A DNA stretch of 62,098 nucleotides, filler included, from Choristocarpus tenellus KU-1152 (lineage: Eukaryota > Protista > Phaeophyceae), in NCBI GenBank assembly GCA_964200185.2. It is 11 parts of 11 records of this genome, joined end to end, with 100 filler letters (N's around TTAATTAATTAA, not from the genome) between each part and the next. Parts side by side here need not be neighbours in the genome. Positions count along the whole stretch, not along the records: positions 45,515 to 50,556 come from CAXNAD020012068.1; positions 50,657 to 54,511 come from CAXNAD020017552.1; positions 54,612 to 62,098 come from CAXNAD020006081.1; 8 more parts are not named here. One strand, given 5' to 3'. Positions 50,303 to 62,098 of the stretch are shown here, in pieces. Position 1 is the stretch's first letter. Every line of letters begins with the position of its first letter. The position numbers were made by a program, and so were the translations under genes. The notes under the pieces were generated by a model, which was given only the letters and a program-made list of their open reading frames with translations, was not told where the DNA came from and made no database searches.

Positions 50303-50556
50303 CTTGTCCTGTCTGCACCATAATGAAACAGCACGCTGAGAGCCCCTGCCTGTGTCCGACCCTCAATCTCCTCCCTCCATTGCCCAATTAACGACAGCGG
50401 ACACACCACCAGAGTCCCAGCCGCCAGCGCCTTCCCTCCCCTCCCTCCACCCCGCCCCCCAGCCCCTGCTTCAACCCTGGCCATTGCCCTATCCCCCCCC
50501 CCCACCTTTTCAACATTCAAATTTCTCCAACTGCTCAGACCGTGTGGGCATGCCCC
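50303..50556 (-). CDS. SNF2-family helicase (RAD5/RAD16-like) exon containing motif Ia, 5' end truncated by the contig edge
   Basis: GTLVVCPLSLIGQWREEI...GALSVLFHYGADRTR, donor AG|gtacag. Confidence 0.88.
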
Positions 50557-50656
50557 NNNNNNNNNNNNNNNNNNNNNNNNNNNNNNNNNNNNNNNNNNNN
50601 TTAATTAATTAANNNNNNNNNNNNNNNNNNNNNNNNNNNNNNNNNNNNNNNNNNNN
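50557..50656. other. Artificial contig linker
   Basis: N44-TTAATTAATTAA-N44. Confidence 0.98.
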
Positions 50657-53600
50657 CCATTGCTAATGCATCAAACCCCAGTCAAAATACTGCTCAATCC
50701 CCTACAACAAACATTACAGTGGCTACAGTTTCAACTGAGGTCATTATACCTGTACATGTAAGACATAAAACATATTTACCCCCGGGAACCGAAACTGTTG
50801 TTTCATTGTGTTCTCAGGCCTTACCTGGATCAGCCAAAGACGCTGTAGTGGAGCCCACTGTCAAGACGAGCATGGACTTCATCAACCAGGAACAGCACCA
50901 CTCTCCATGGAAAGATATCATGGTCGGTCGGTCTTTAACTTTTTGGGAAGAGCATAGATCTTGCCTAGTCAAAATTGTCAATCCTTCCAATCATGGTGTT
51001 AAGATACCTCCTCAAATTGTTGTAGGTCATATAGCACCAGTGGATCAAAAACACACCCTTTCTGAAGCACAGACGAGTACCATAGCGGCTACCCTGGACA
51101 CTCCAGAGGAGCTTAAACAAGCCCATGATGAGTTGAAAGAAAGTTTTGGTTAAAAAGCCCTGGTAGATACAGTATTATCTGATAAGGATCAAGAAGAACT
51201 ATTTGACCTTGTTGCCAAATATCGACCTGTATGTTCACTCACTTCTGAGGAACTAGGCTGTTGCAATAATACCAGTGTTGAATTTCCACTTAAACCAGGT
51301 ACAGTCCCTGTGAACCGTCCACCATATCGGACCACACCCAAAATACATGAGACAATACGTAGTTGTGTGGAGGACATGGAAAATCAGGAAATAATTCAAC
51401 CCTCCTCAAGTCCTTGGGGGTCACCAGTAACCATAGTGACCAAACCTGAAGGTTCTCCTCGATTCTGTATAGATTTTATGCTCTCTTTGAACAAAAAATT
51501 GGTACATAATTCCTGGCCGTTACCATCTATGGAAGATTGTTTGGGTACACTAGGGGGAGAAAAACACCTGTCGTGTCTCGACGTTCAGTCAGCCTACTGG
51601 TAACTACCCATCACCAATGCTACTGAACGCCAAAAAACTGCCTTTGTCACACCGGATGGAAAATACGAATTCAAAAGCCTACCCTTTGGTGTTGCTAATG
51701 CACCATGGATATATCAACGCTTAATGTCTGAAACATTTTCAACGCTAGGACCGAGTATGGGCTTACTGATTTATCTTAATGACATTATACTAACTTCCTC
51801 AACATGGAACCATCATATCCAACTTCTTGAGAGCGTATTGTCGTTACTGCAGCAAGTAGGAGTCACCCTCAAACCCTCTAAAGCCCAATTTGGCTCAAAA
51901 TCAATTCCTTATTTGGGACATGAAGTCAGCCCTAGTATTGCTGTGTCACCAGAACGAATCCAGGCTATTACCGCTCTGAAAGCCCCTAAATCTGTGAAGG
52001 AATTACAATCCTTTCTAGGTTCCATTAACTTTGTTACGAAATATATTCCCCATTTGGCTGCAATAACTGAACCCCTGGTGTCACTTACAAGGAAAAGTAC
52101 GAAAAAGGCTAGAAAAGACAAGTTTATCTCAACTATGGGGACGAGCACGGCAAAATTCTTTTAATGAGTGTAAACGTCTATTAACTATGGCGCCAGTGTT
52201 AAGCTTTCCAGATTTTACTCGAGAGTTCTTTAGTCACGTGGACACTAGCGATGTTGGCATCGGAGCTTTCTTGGCATATAAAAATGAGGACGATAGTTTC
52301 TAAATTGTAACGTACCATAGTGCTCTTTTTAAGCCAACCCAACGACGATATTCAGAAACTCAGAAAGAAAGTCTGGTCATCATTCTTGCCATCACCTATT
52401 GGCGCCCATATATTTGGGGAAAGCACTTTACAGTTGTAAGTGGTCATTCAGCTTTACATTGGTTACATACAATGCAAGATACTTCCAATATGTGAACCAG
52501 GTGGGCCTTAGCCTTACAAGCTTTTGACTTCACAGTTTTACATAAACCGGGACGTTTACACTACATTCTGGATATGTTCTCCCGGACACGGTTGGAGGAA
52601 ATTATGTTGGATGAAACACCACTTCCACTAGCTCCACTGTGCCGTAATATAGGCCAAACAGAGTCGGAGACCTCCACACCCAAGGTTTACCCTGCATGTG
52701 ATCTATCAGTGGATAAACTAGGTGAAATTACCAGAGTAAAAAATGATACGGAACTCTTCACTAGCGCCGTTAATGTTTTCCCAACAGTGGACCCTGAAGT
52801 ACTATTCAAAGCTCAACAAGCTCAATATGGAGACTATTTCAAATATTTGGCTAATCCAGAAAAAGCCCTCTTACCAGAAAACGAAACAATGTATACCATG
52901 TCTTACTTTTTTACACGAGAAATGGAAGGCAAACAGATGTTATATAAATCATATCAACCCGGTCACCTTTGAAAGAACGATAAATTCCGAGATCAATTAG
53001 TGGCACCTACTGAGATACAAGGTTTAATACTTCATGCACTTCATGATCATAAAGTCTCAGGAAACGTTGCAATCAAGCACACTTTTGATCGAATTCGTGA
53101 CCGTTTTTGGTGGCCCACTTTACAAAAAGATGTTCGAGCTTGGTGTGAAACATGTCAATCATGCCAAAGCCGCAAGATAACCCCTTCGAAACCATCAAAC
53201 CCTCCAGGGCATATGCCAGTAACACACCCATTTCAGAGAGTGGCAATTGATTGGGTAAAGTACAAAACTCAATAAGAGAAAAAATACTTATGTCTTATCT
53301 GCTGTTGAGTGTTTTCTATTTTTGGCGCACCAGAAACCTTACACTCAGACCAGGGTAAGGAGTTTGAAAATAAACTGATCCTAGAACTTCAAAATATCTA
53401 TGGATACAAGAAAACGAAAACAACACCGTATCGACCTCAAGGCAATAGCATTCTTGATAGAATTCATAAGACAATACGTGGCATCCTAGCTATGTATTCC
53501 AATATGAAGCAATCGGATTGGGCGTCATTATTGCCTTTTGTGCAACTGGCTCACAATACCCCTTACAATACCACTGTGCAAGAAATACCCTTTTATTTAA

Positions 53601-54433
53601 TGTTTGGGAGACGTCCCACATTACCAATCAATATAATTTTGGGAGAACCAGAAGCCATGCCTATTTCTACCCAGGAGTACAGTAAACAAACAGTGGATAA
53701 TTTACAACTGGCATATGAACTAGCTAGACAGAATATTGGTGAGATGGCTTTGCGCAATGAGTCCAAGGCCACTGAACACACCATTCCTACTTACGAAGTT
53801 GGTGCTAAGGTGTGGCTTCACAAACCCCACACTTCTGCAGACGCTCCTAACCCTAAGTTACTATCCCCGTGGAGAGGACCATATGCAGTAATATAGAGGA
53901 TATCTCCGGTAGTCTACCGTGCGAAAGCGCAGGCCGACCGTCGAGAAATCACTGTGCATATAACATGACTTAAACCACAAAGAGAGAGCCACCCTCCTGA
54001 ACCAAACATTGACTCTCTCAATTCTTTATTTCTGGGCAGAATGATACCTGAACCAGATATAGAACAAGGTTCGAGCGTTCAACCAACTTTAGGGTCATAC
54101 TTTGTTGAGGGCATTGGAGACCATAAACCTGGAGTGGGTCGTAAATCCCCACAGAACTATTCATACCGGCTTAGATTTAGAGGTTTTGCTCCAGCTAGTG
54201 ATGTCTGGCAGAAAGCAAAGGAAATTCCTCAGTGTGCAGAGATGATTGAAGCATACAGGTTACGACATAATCTGGATGTTTCTCCTCACCAAAGTGTGCC
54301 GACACTAAAGTCTTCAAACATTCCCTGTGATCAAGGTATACCGATGCCAGAGTATTTTCAGTGTTCTCCATCACCCTCTGCCACAATTGCCAACGAACCA
54401 TCACACTTTTTACGAACACACCTGGCTCAATAA
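50657..54433 (+). mobile_element. Ty3/Gypsy LTR retrotransposon pol (RT, RNase H, integrase, chromodomain), pseudogenised
   Basis: PYRTTP...SSSPWGSPV..KPEGSPRFCID, LPFGVANAP, YLNDII (YxDD mutated), HVDTSDVGIG, zinc-binding H..WWPTL..CQSC, PETLHSDQGKEF, WRGPY, chromodomain YFVEGIGDH...YRLRFRGF..DVW. Several stops and frameshifts. LTRs are not in the contig. Confidence 0.95.
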
Positions 54434-54511
54434 ATTGCCATTGTTTTCGAGAACATTCAAGATGCTCTTGCTTCAAACCCTCAAGGTGATGTTCGATTAG
54501 GCTCTTCCAAC

Positions 54512-54611
54512 NNNNNNNNNNNNNNNNNNNNNNNNNNNNNNNNNNNNNNNNNNNNTTAATTAATTAANNNNNNNNNNNNNNNNNNNNNNNNNNNNNNNNN
54601 NNNNNNNNNNN
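54512..54611. other. Artificial contig linker
   Basis: N44-TTAATTAATTAA-N44. Confidence 0.98.
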
Positions 54612-54959
54612 CCCCTCACAAACCACCCCCCCCCCCAGATACTTTGACCCTTCAGCATGATTACCATTGTATCAAAGTGAGTCATGCGATGCAGCAAAAG
54701 ACCCTTATTGGAGCGTCTTGTCCATGAGGACGGAAAGTATCTTCTGGTGATGCTCGACGAATTTGATTACAACCTTGACATGGGTGAAAGTGTCAATCCT
54801 TTCCCTCTGCGTAATGTCGCAGAGGACAAGCAAGGTCCATCCCTTGTTGCGCTTGCCAATGCTCTTCTCTCTTGTACACCCCTTGTGCAAGGTCTCTGGC
54901 TTTCACATAAGCCAACAAAATGAACCTACTGAGACATCAGTGGAATTCACAGAGAAGAC

Positions 54960-55355
54960 AAACGAGATTGCAGTAACAGTCCCTTGCACACTGCGGCATT
55001 GTGGAGTGTGAAGCCATGGGTGGTGGGCTTCTTCACACCCAAACCATGAAATAGGCATTATTCACGCAGTACAAGGTATTCGTTATTAGGGGAGAGGATC
55101 AAAGGGGTGAATGTGGAGTGGGTTTGGCAGTGAAGGGATCAATCCTACAACAGGCTGCCCATGAAGTAGAGTACCTTGAGGAATGGGTGGTTAATGTCTG
55201 GCTGCTGATGACAGGCAGTTCCACCAGAGTTGCCTTTGTTTTAGGATGTCCCCAACAGGAGAGGCCCTAGAGACGGCCAAAGATGCTTTCTGCAAGAAAT
55301 TTCACACTTCAGTGCAGCAAACTCCCCTCAAGGATGATTCTGATGGATGAGAACA
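54960..55355 (+). mobile_element. LINE (RTE-like) APE endonuclease remnant
   Basis: GECGVGLAVKGSI...VEYLEE...RVAFVLG.P...AKDAFC and a frameshifted ILMDEN resemble RTE APE motifs GVGLAVK / FVVAYAPT / KDAFW / MDAN. Confidence 0.6.
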
Positions 55356-56004
55356 CATATTGCTTCTCCCTGCTAACGGTCCCTTTTTTTGCGTAATTTT
55401 CTTCCACACAAGAGGTCAATGATGTTCTTGACAGTTTGGAAGTGGACCAGACCTTGTCGATGTAGCTAATGTGGTTGTCCACCCACACACTCTACACGGG
55501 AGCGACCAGGTTCAAAATCTGGTTGCAGTGGTTAGACTTTCTTGTTAGGAACTTTGACTTCGATGGACCACATGGAAACCGATCGTTTGCGACGTTACAT
55601 CTGCACCTTTTTAACGAAGTGTCGATGCAACTCATGCCTGACAGAAAGGTCAGACCGAGGCTCACTCAAGAAGTTCTCACTCTACAGATTCCGCTGGAAC
55701 AACCTTGGAATAGTCACGGAGAATCTCCCTGCCCTATCCTAAGGACAACTCAACACAATATAGCAAACTTCATCAAAGTTTTTAAAAGGCAAGACTATAA
55801 ACCAGGAAGGCAAAGAAAAATGGTCCCATCTGTGAGTCCGACCGTCCCACAATTATTTTCCATGTCCTGGCCCATATCCACCAGCCAGACTGGTCCAATC
55901 ATTCTCCAACATGTCTCGGCCATTTCCACGGGGTATCGTACCAGTCCATATCTACCGGCCAGACCGGGTCTAGGATTCTCTGACATGTCGGAACCATATC
56001 CACT

Positions 56005-56277
56005 GAGTCAAAGTATCTTAGAGGGTAGAGCCGCGTCCATTTGGGGGCCAAAATCCAATGTTATGATTTTTTTGATGTAATTGTGACTATCGTATTTGTT
56101 AGAAAGTGTCAATATCCTTGTTCCAGACATATACATGATACCTACTCCAAAACGTACACATTTTACCTACTCCGAAACACTTCGGAATGGGAAAATTTCA
56201 TTAAAAAAAACCTTGGGAAGCCAAGCCCCAGACGGACAAACAGGGCAAAACTCGTACCCTCTAAGATACTTTCACTC
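56005..56277 (+). mobile_element. MITE family A
   Basis: gagtcaaagtatcttagagggta / taccctctaagatactttcactc, flanks ACT(G). Confidence 0.92.
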
Positions 56278-56572
56278 ACTGGGTAATTAATTGTGCCGGT
56301 CCGTGTCTGCCAGCTGGTCAGTTTAACCTTTTCCGTGCATGTCCAGACCGTGGCTGCCAGCCAATCAAACGTTTTCTGGCATGTCCGGACCATGTCTACT
56401 ACTCATCGTAATAGTCCACTATAAAAAATGGTTATTTTGCACTCCAATATGTGGATATAAATATTAATGGTACTCTACAAATCTTCTCTGGACTTTCTTG
56501 GTTCGAAACAATATATATGTGCAGTGAGAATGTCACGAACCATGTATGTATGAGTGTTTTTATTAATTCGTA

Positions 56573-57253
56573 TATTTGTCAGGGACAGGTCACCTTTTTT
56601 TGGGATCTTCGAAATTGATGAGGATAATACGCGTGGTCATATACATTTGCGCGCGTCACCTGTTGCGATTGAGTCCAGGCTAAGTCATGTGGTGTGGGTC
56701 AGACACACAACTGGCACGCGGTTAACCCCGACATGAACGGTGGATTCAAACCAGCAAAGCCCAAGATTGTCTTTTCTGTTCTAACTGATCACAACCAATC
56801 ACATTGAAGATTGATCCATATGGCACTCTGAGGTTGTCAACATACACCCAACACGCCTCAGTCTCATCTTTCTCTTCCGTTCTGAACCTCATCTCTGGTG
56901 GTTCTCATCACCCCCCATGACACAGAACCAGGCCCCATTACATATTTACTATTTACAAACTCGACCATTGATGAGAGTCAACATTAGAGTGCATATGTCA
57001 GGGACAGGTCACCTTTTTTGGGACCTCCGATATTGATGAGGATAATGCGCGTGGTCATAATTTGCGCCCGATACCTTTTGCCATTGAAACCAGGCCAAGT
57101 AATGTGGTATGGGTCAGACACACGACTGGCACGCGGTAACCCCAACAGGAATGGTGAATTCAAACCAGCAAACCCAGGATTGCGTTTTCTGTTCAAACTG
57201 CTAATGTCAAGGACAGGTCACCTTTATTGGGATCTCCGACATTGATGAGGATA
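56573..57253. repeat. Two ~210-bp diverged direct repeats (56573-56787, 56993-57200) plus a partial third copy
   Basis: tgtcagggacaggtcacctttt...gatgaggataa...gggtcagacacac.actggcacgcgg...ttcaaaccagcaaa. Confidence 0.85.
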
Positions 57254-57899
57254 AAGTTACAAATCACTTCAGACACTCAAACACCAAACACACAATACCC
57301 CTGCATTTGTATTCAATCTCGAATTTTAAAAGTCGTTAAAATTGTAAAATAGAAAATATTTTCGAAGTATCAATACAGAAGTATCAATTAGTTTTTGGGA
57401 AAACTTATGAAGTAATCTGAGTTTGGTGATTGTGAGAATTCGCAGGGGTAGTAGGTGATACAGGGGTAGGGGAAAAAGAAAAAAAGTTAATAATGATAGG
57501 GTAAAGGATTTAACACTGAAGGTCTTTACAGACGGTAAACGAGAAGTTAGTTGGATTGAGTAGATGGAGGGAGAGATAAGGAGGAGTCACAATTAAAGCT
57601 CAGAGTCAGAGGCAGGGGTAGAAGGTCAAAAGGGGGGCAGGATCAAGGTGCCTTTTGATCATTTCTTTTGACTAATATGGCGGAGTTGCGCAATAGGGAG
57701 ACGGCTGCTCGTCCTTCCCTTTGGGCAGGCCTGATGGGCCGGCTAGAAGGAGAATGATAGCACGAAAAAAGAATAAAAAGTGAAAGAGCATATAGTGGAG
57801 GGGTGAAGGAGGAGAAGGGATCGAGGAGTGAACTCCAGAAATGGAAAGAGACGGTGGCTGGCCGAGTCTAGGGAGAGATCGAGCGGGCAAGGTGGGAAA

Positions 57900-58420
57900 A
57901 AGAGGAGTCACAAAAAAGAGATGGAATGTAAATAAAAGGGGATGAGAAAGAGAGTGAGAGGCAAGAAGTTGGTATGAAAACAATCTGAGAGAACCAACAC
58001 ATTATGTCCAAGCACATGCAGAGATGTCTAGAGGGATGGCACAGTTGATGGCCTTATTTGTGGGTTCAAAGAGCAACCAGCTTGTCCTCTCTAATGAAGT
58101 GTGCGAAACCATTGGGGGCGGAAACCGATCATCAAGGGAGGTGAGAGGGGCGATAGAATAGATATCTCTCAGTAGGAGAATGAACTGGTCATTGGGTGTG
58201 AGTAGTGGAAATCCACCTCAGTCGTTGATGACCGCATTGTTTGGTGACTGGAAATCACCTGCGAAAAGTGGTCGCACTGGTTGGTAACTGTATACCAGTG
58301 ACAGGAATTGACTGCACTGTTTAGTACGTGGTTGAGAAGAACGTGGCCCCAGAGTTAGTGTGGTAAGGAATGAGTGGTGTGACATTAGTTGAGGAGGAAA
58401 GGAGTGGATATTAGCCTAAG
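57900..58420 (-). mobile_element. Possible LINE APE endonuclease remnant
   Basis: Minus-strand PLFAGDF, LRDIY and SHPLLFTF resemble the GDFN, LxDxW and SDHxP motifs. Heavily decayed. Confidence 0.35.
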
Positions 58421-58425
58421 AAGAG

Positions 58426-58683
58426 GAGCCAAAGTATCTTGGAGGGTAGAGCCGTGTCCATTTGGAGACCAAAATCCGATGTTGCGATTTTGATGCGATT
58501 TTGGCTATCGTGTTTGTTAGGAAGTGTCAATATCCCTGTTCCAGACACCTTTTCGTAATGTATACATTTTACCTACTCTGAACGATTTTGGAGTAGGAAA
58601 ATATTATATAAAGAACCCATGGGAAGCCAAGCCCCAAATGGACGAACAGGGAAAATCTCGTACCCTCTAAGATACTTTCTCTC
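58426..58683 (+). mobile_element. MITE family A
   Basis: gagccaaagtatcttggagggta / taccctctaagatactttctctc, with AGAG on both flanks. Confidence 0.92.
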
Positions 58684-59893
58684 AGAGGCTAACCAGTTTA
58701 ATCCAGAAATTGTACCTAAGCAAAATTATATGAGTACTGACAGTAATAGTATAGGATACAAAATACAACTAGAATGAACAGTAAATAGAGAGATAAGGCC
58801 ATGATGTGGTCAACCGAAGTATTAAAAAAATATCACCCGACTGCCAATAGATAAAATTTCAAACGTGACCAAGTCCAAAGTCGTCGTTGGAACCTGATGC
58901 AAAGGGGATTTGCGTGAGGCTGACCTGGGATTAAATGCATCGTGCTCTATTGTAAAGTGACACGTTGGTTGTGGTGAAGGGGTGTCATAGTGCAGTTGAA
59001 TCACTGGTGAATTCGTGCTGGTGAACCTTGTGACATTCTTTACACAGTTAGAGGTTATCTGGTACGGTGATGTTGGGTATTCCTTCGTACGTTCAAAGGG
59101 AGAGATTCAAGCTCTGCCTAGAGGCTTGTCACCTTGTGAAGAGGGTTTTGAGGATGGTCTAACTCGGAATATGGCATCCTGTTGTGTATCAGGTACACCT
59201 AGTGCTGAGTGAGCTTGGTGTCTAAGTGGGGTCAAGTCCAACTAGGAAAAATAAAACAATATATAAGATACAACTGGTGGTTCTGTTGAGAAGATAAAAA
59301 CAAAGAAACAAACTTGAATCAATATCTAGGACACCTCATGTGGCACATACTATGCTTATATACTTGATGTCGACTCCTACATACTTCCTATGAACCATTG
59401 GAGTTGTGACAGTGATTGATGATGATCCTATGATATAATACATATCAATATCAATAATTTGATAGGTGAGTAATGACCAGTCCTGCTGTACAAATCAACA
59501 GTAGGTATGAATGGTTATACTGTATAGTATCAATAACACAAAAGATGAGTAGCCTATGTTTCAACAGTCGTCGCCACTCAACATGACCAGGAACACTTGA
59601 CTGTGCTGTACAACAAAGTTGGAACATGGCAGGGTCCATGACTGTCACTAAACATCACCAGAAGCACTGACCGCCCATATACAATTTTGGCCATGGCCCA
59701 AACCATGGCCATCAACCGTTTCAACATGACCAGGTTGTGGGCTGGCCCTTGGCTATATGGCCAACAATGGACATGCTAATAGCCCAGCCCAATGAAAAGT
59801 CCTGTCAAAAGTAATTTCCGGTCCAGTTCAGGAACATGGGCGACCTTCTCCAGAGTGGTAGTCCTAACTCCATCAGGTTAACTTGACCAAAAC

Positions 59894-60127
59894 CTCCAAA
59901 CTGTAATAACCCTCAGTTCGCAGTAATGTCCCATTAACAGTTTCCACCATCATGGCCACGTTTGCAGTCCTGTAGTTCTCCAACCCTGTTGAATCCAAGG
60001 CTAGATAATCCTTTTCTCCAGAGTTCACATCCCATTCTTTCCATTCTCCCATCATTTCTGAGAGTTTGCAGCCCATGAAACTGTACCCATCATCATAGAA
60101 GTAGTAGCTACTATCCCTTCGATCACT
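59894..60127 (-). CDS. Possible exon of a hypothetical protein (SDRRDSSYYFYDDGYSFMGCK...EGYYSLE)
   Basis: tttcaacag| acceptor and a protein-like open frame. Donor site uncertain. Confidence 0.35.
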
Positions 60128-60544
60128 CTGTTGAAACATAGATTACTCCCTTTTGATTCCTAGACAGTTCAGTTCCATCAACTAGGGCCGACTGTTAGCC
60201 TGTCCATTAGTAACAGTTCCTTGGTGTACAATTACCGACATTATGTTGTACTAATCTGCATAGAATATGATCATAACTCAACATTGCACTCTGTATGATG
60301 ATAGTGTTAAAACATAGGCTGGTTCCTCCACGATTTATAGATGAGTTGGCTACACATGCAGTGGGGGAGAGAGGGGCAGGAGGTTATAGGAGGAAATGGA
60401 AATCCGCATAAAACAAATAGTGTCAATACACAAAGTGACTCTCTCGAGGCATATCATATGTTTCAGGCTTTAGACACCAGGCAGATGGGCAAGAAGGGAC
60501 CTGTCATATTCTTGGGATGCTTACCTAGCTCCTTGCCCACCATT

Positions 60545-60740
60545 TAGGGCTAAGCTAGGTTGGAGGCATAGCAGCAATGTACAAATAACATTGCAATCAC
60601 CAACACTTCAGAGAGTGTCGTAGTTTTGGAGAGATATCTTTCACATATACAACAACTCTTACTTTTACAAGGGTCCTTGTGATAATGGTTTGACTTTTTC
60701 CCTGGAACATCTCCACAATGTCACAGGGCATAATAATAAA
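60545..60740 (+). mobile_element. CRE-like element 3' end, diverged
   Basis: ctaagctaggttggaggca...tctttcacat...ccctggaacatctccacaatgtcacagggcaTAATAATAAAA. Confidence 0.55.
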
Positions 60741-61249
60741 ATTTATCAATACAGTTCAGTACCTTCAACTAGTGTTGACTGTTGACCCGTCCACTAGTAG
60801 TAATGATTCTCTGCTTAATAAGTATCCACAAGTATCCGCATCGCATGCATATTGCCCTGCACAGTATATAATCATGACTTACTGTTACACTTTGAATGGT
60901 CCATACTTCCTCCATTCAGAATAAAACATATCATAACTTCCAACCTCCGTTCTTGACCAGGAACGACCCATGTGATAAACCCTCTGGACAAGGCTTAGTT
61001 CTCATATAGATTGGGTGGCGTGCAAGGTTTGAGATGGTGGCTATGGGCTGTCATGGCTGTGGAGGATCACCAGTGCAAAGTCCACCAAGTTGCATTTGGC
61101 ACTGTTCAAAATGTCGTGAAACTGCCAAAGTAATCATATATTGGGATACCCAGGACGAAGGCCTCCCATCATTCGAGTGGCTCACTCATCGTGTTGTCGC
61201 ACATCGGTCCCAATTCTTTGACCCAGAAGTCTGTCTGGGGTCCAGACTC

Positions 61250-62098
61250 AAACACCCCAACAAAGAGCAGCATGGTGGCACAATGTCTGGACATGACAGG
61301 GTGTGAGACTCGGATGCCTCAGGGATGACAGCAGTCATCGTAGAGAACTTCAGAATTTCCGGAATCACCGTGTTCCGTCATTCGAAGGAGTATGACACTC
61401 AGATCGCACAGGGTGAATGTATGGACCTTGTATGACGTCACAAGTGGTGATGCGGCCGCCGTATCAGTATCCACGACGTTTGGGATATCCCATCAGTACA
61501 CCGTACAGCCTTCCGCAAATAGGTGGCCAAAGCTGGGATCTCCTTTGCCTCATTGTGGGATCTGTGCAAGTGCGAGAAGGCGAAGAGGGTCAAGTGGTGG
61601 ACTAAGCCAGTCCTCTCAGACCAGCAGAAAGTCAGTCAACAAGGTGGGTTTCATCAACAGCCACATGGGCAGGAGGGAGGGAATTGGTCTTCATCAACGA
61701 TCTGTATGACTGGGTGCATGTGGACAAAAAGTGGTTTACATCCTCAAAGATAGGCAAGGTGTACCTGCACCCCACTGAGGACCCCCCACTACACCCACTG
61801 GCACAGAATAAGTGTACAATATGAAGGTGATGTTCCTTGCAGCTGTGGCACATCCTAGGAAGCTCTCCAACGGAGTGTGGTTCGATGTCAAAATCGAAAT
61901 CTGGGCAATGGTGAATACCAAGGTGCTTGTGCCAGCCACGGTGGACAGGGAGAGTTGTTAGAAGCTAGTGATCAAGGATGTCATCCCAGCAATCAAGGCC
62001 CGCATGCCTAGCCCGGAAGGACATACCATCTTCGTCCAGCAAGACGGGGCAAAGCCACACACCAAGGGGGGGATCATGGAGGCAATTGAGGAGGGGGT
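61250..62098 (+). mobile_element. Second mariner-like transposase remnant, truncated by the window end
   Basis: WTKPVLSDQQK, DLYDWVHVDKKWF, KVMFLAAVAHPR, WFDVKI and FVQQDGAKPH, with frameshifts. Confidence 0.88.

Noticed and set aside
55469-56080. 203-aa ORF as an intact gene
   Set aside because: It runs through repeat-like sequence into a MITE and has no recognisable domain.
1-62098. Fanzor/TnpB, tRNA or rRNA genes
   Set aside because: I recognised no RuvC plus zinc-ribbon motif set or structured RNA gene by eye. A profile search would be needed to exclude decayed copies.

Overview
This is eukaryotic, intron-rich, repeat-rich DNA. It is most likely a brown alga or related stramenopile, an inference from short GT-AG exons in long introns, a ciliary tectonic gene, plant/stramenopile-type mariners and TTAGGG tracts. 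The window is not one locus. It holds 11 unrelated contigs joined by ten artificial 100-nt linkers (44 N + TTAATTAATTAA + 44 N), so adjacency across a linker carries no biological meaning. Host gene fragments I can support are tectonic (2 exons), a fibronectin type III protein (2 exons), 5-formyltetrahydrofolate cyclo-ligase (2 exons), a RAD5/RAD16-like SNF2 helicase (2 exons) and a few orphan exons. Mobile DNA includes a decayed chromodomain-bearing Ty3/Gypsy pol, a Ty1/Copia RT-RNaseH remnant, two mariner transposases (one with both TIRs and a TA TSD), CRE-like RLE non-LTR remnants with a conserved 3' stem-loop and (TAA)n tail, LINE APE remnants, and two MITE families that share AAAGTATCT termini. 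The most unusual part is contig 20497-33032. It has a ~5 kb apparently intronless decayed minus-strand reading frame with a Zn2Cys6-like motif. Immediately upstream is a ~232-bp tandem array whose units each carry an inverted 74-nt copy of an internal segment of that frame. A 77-bp palindrome-rich array and a divergent decayed frame follow. All homology calls come from motif recognition by eye; no searches were run.
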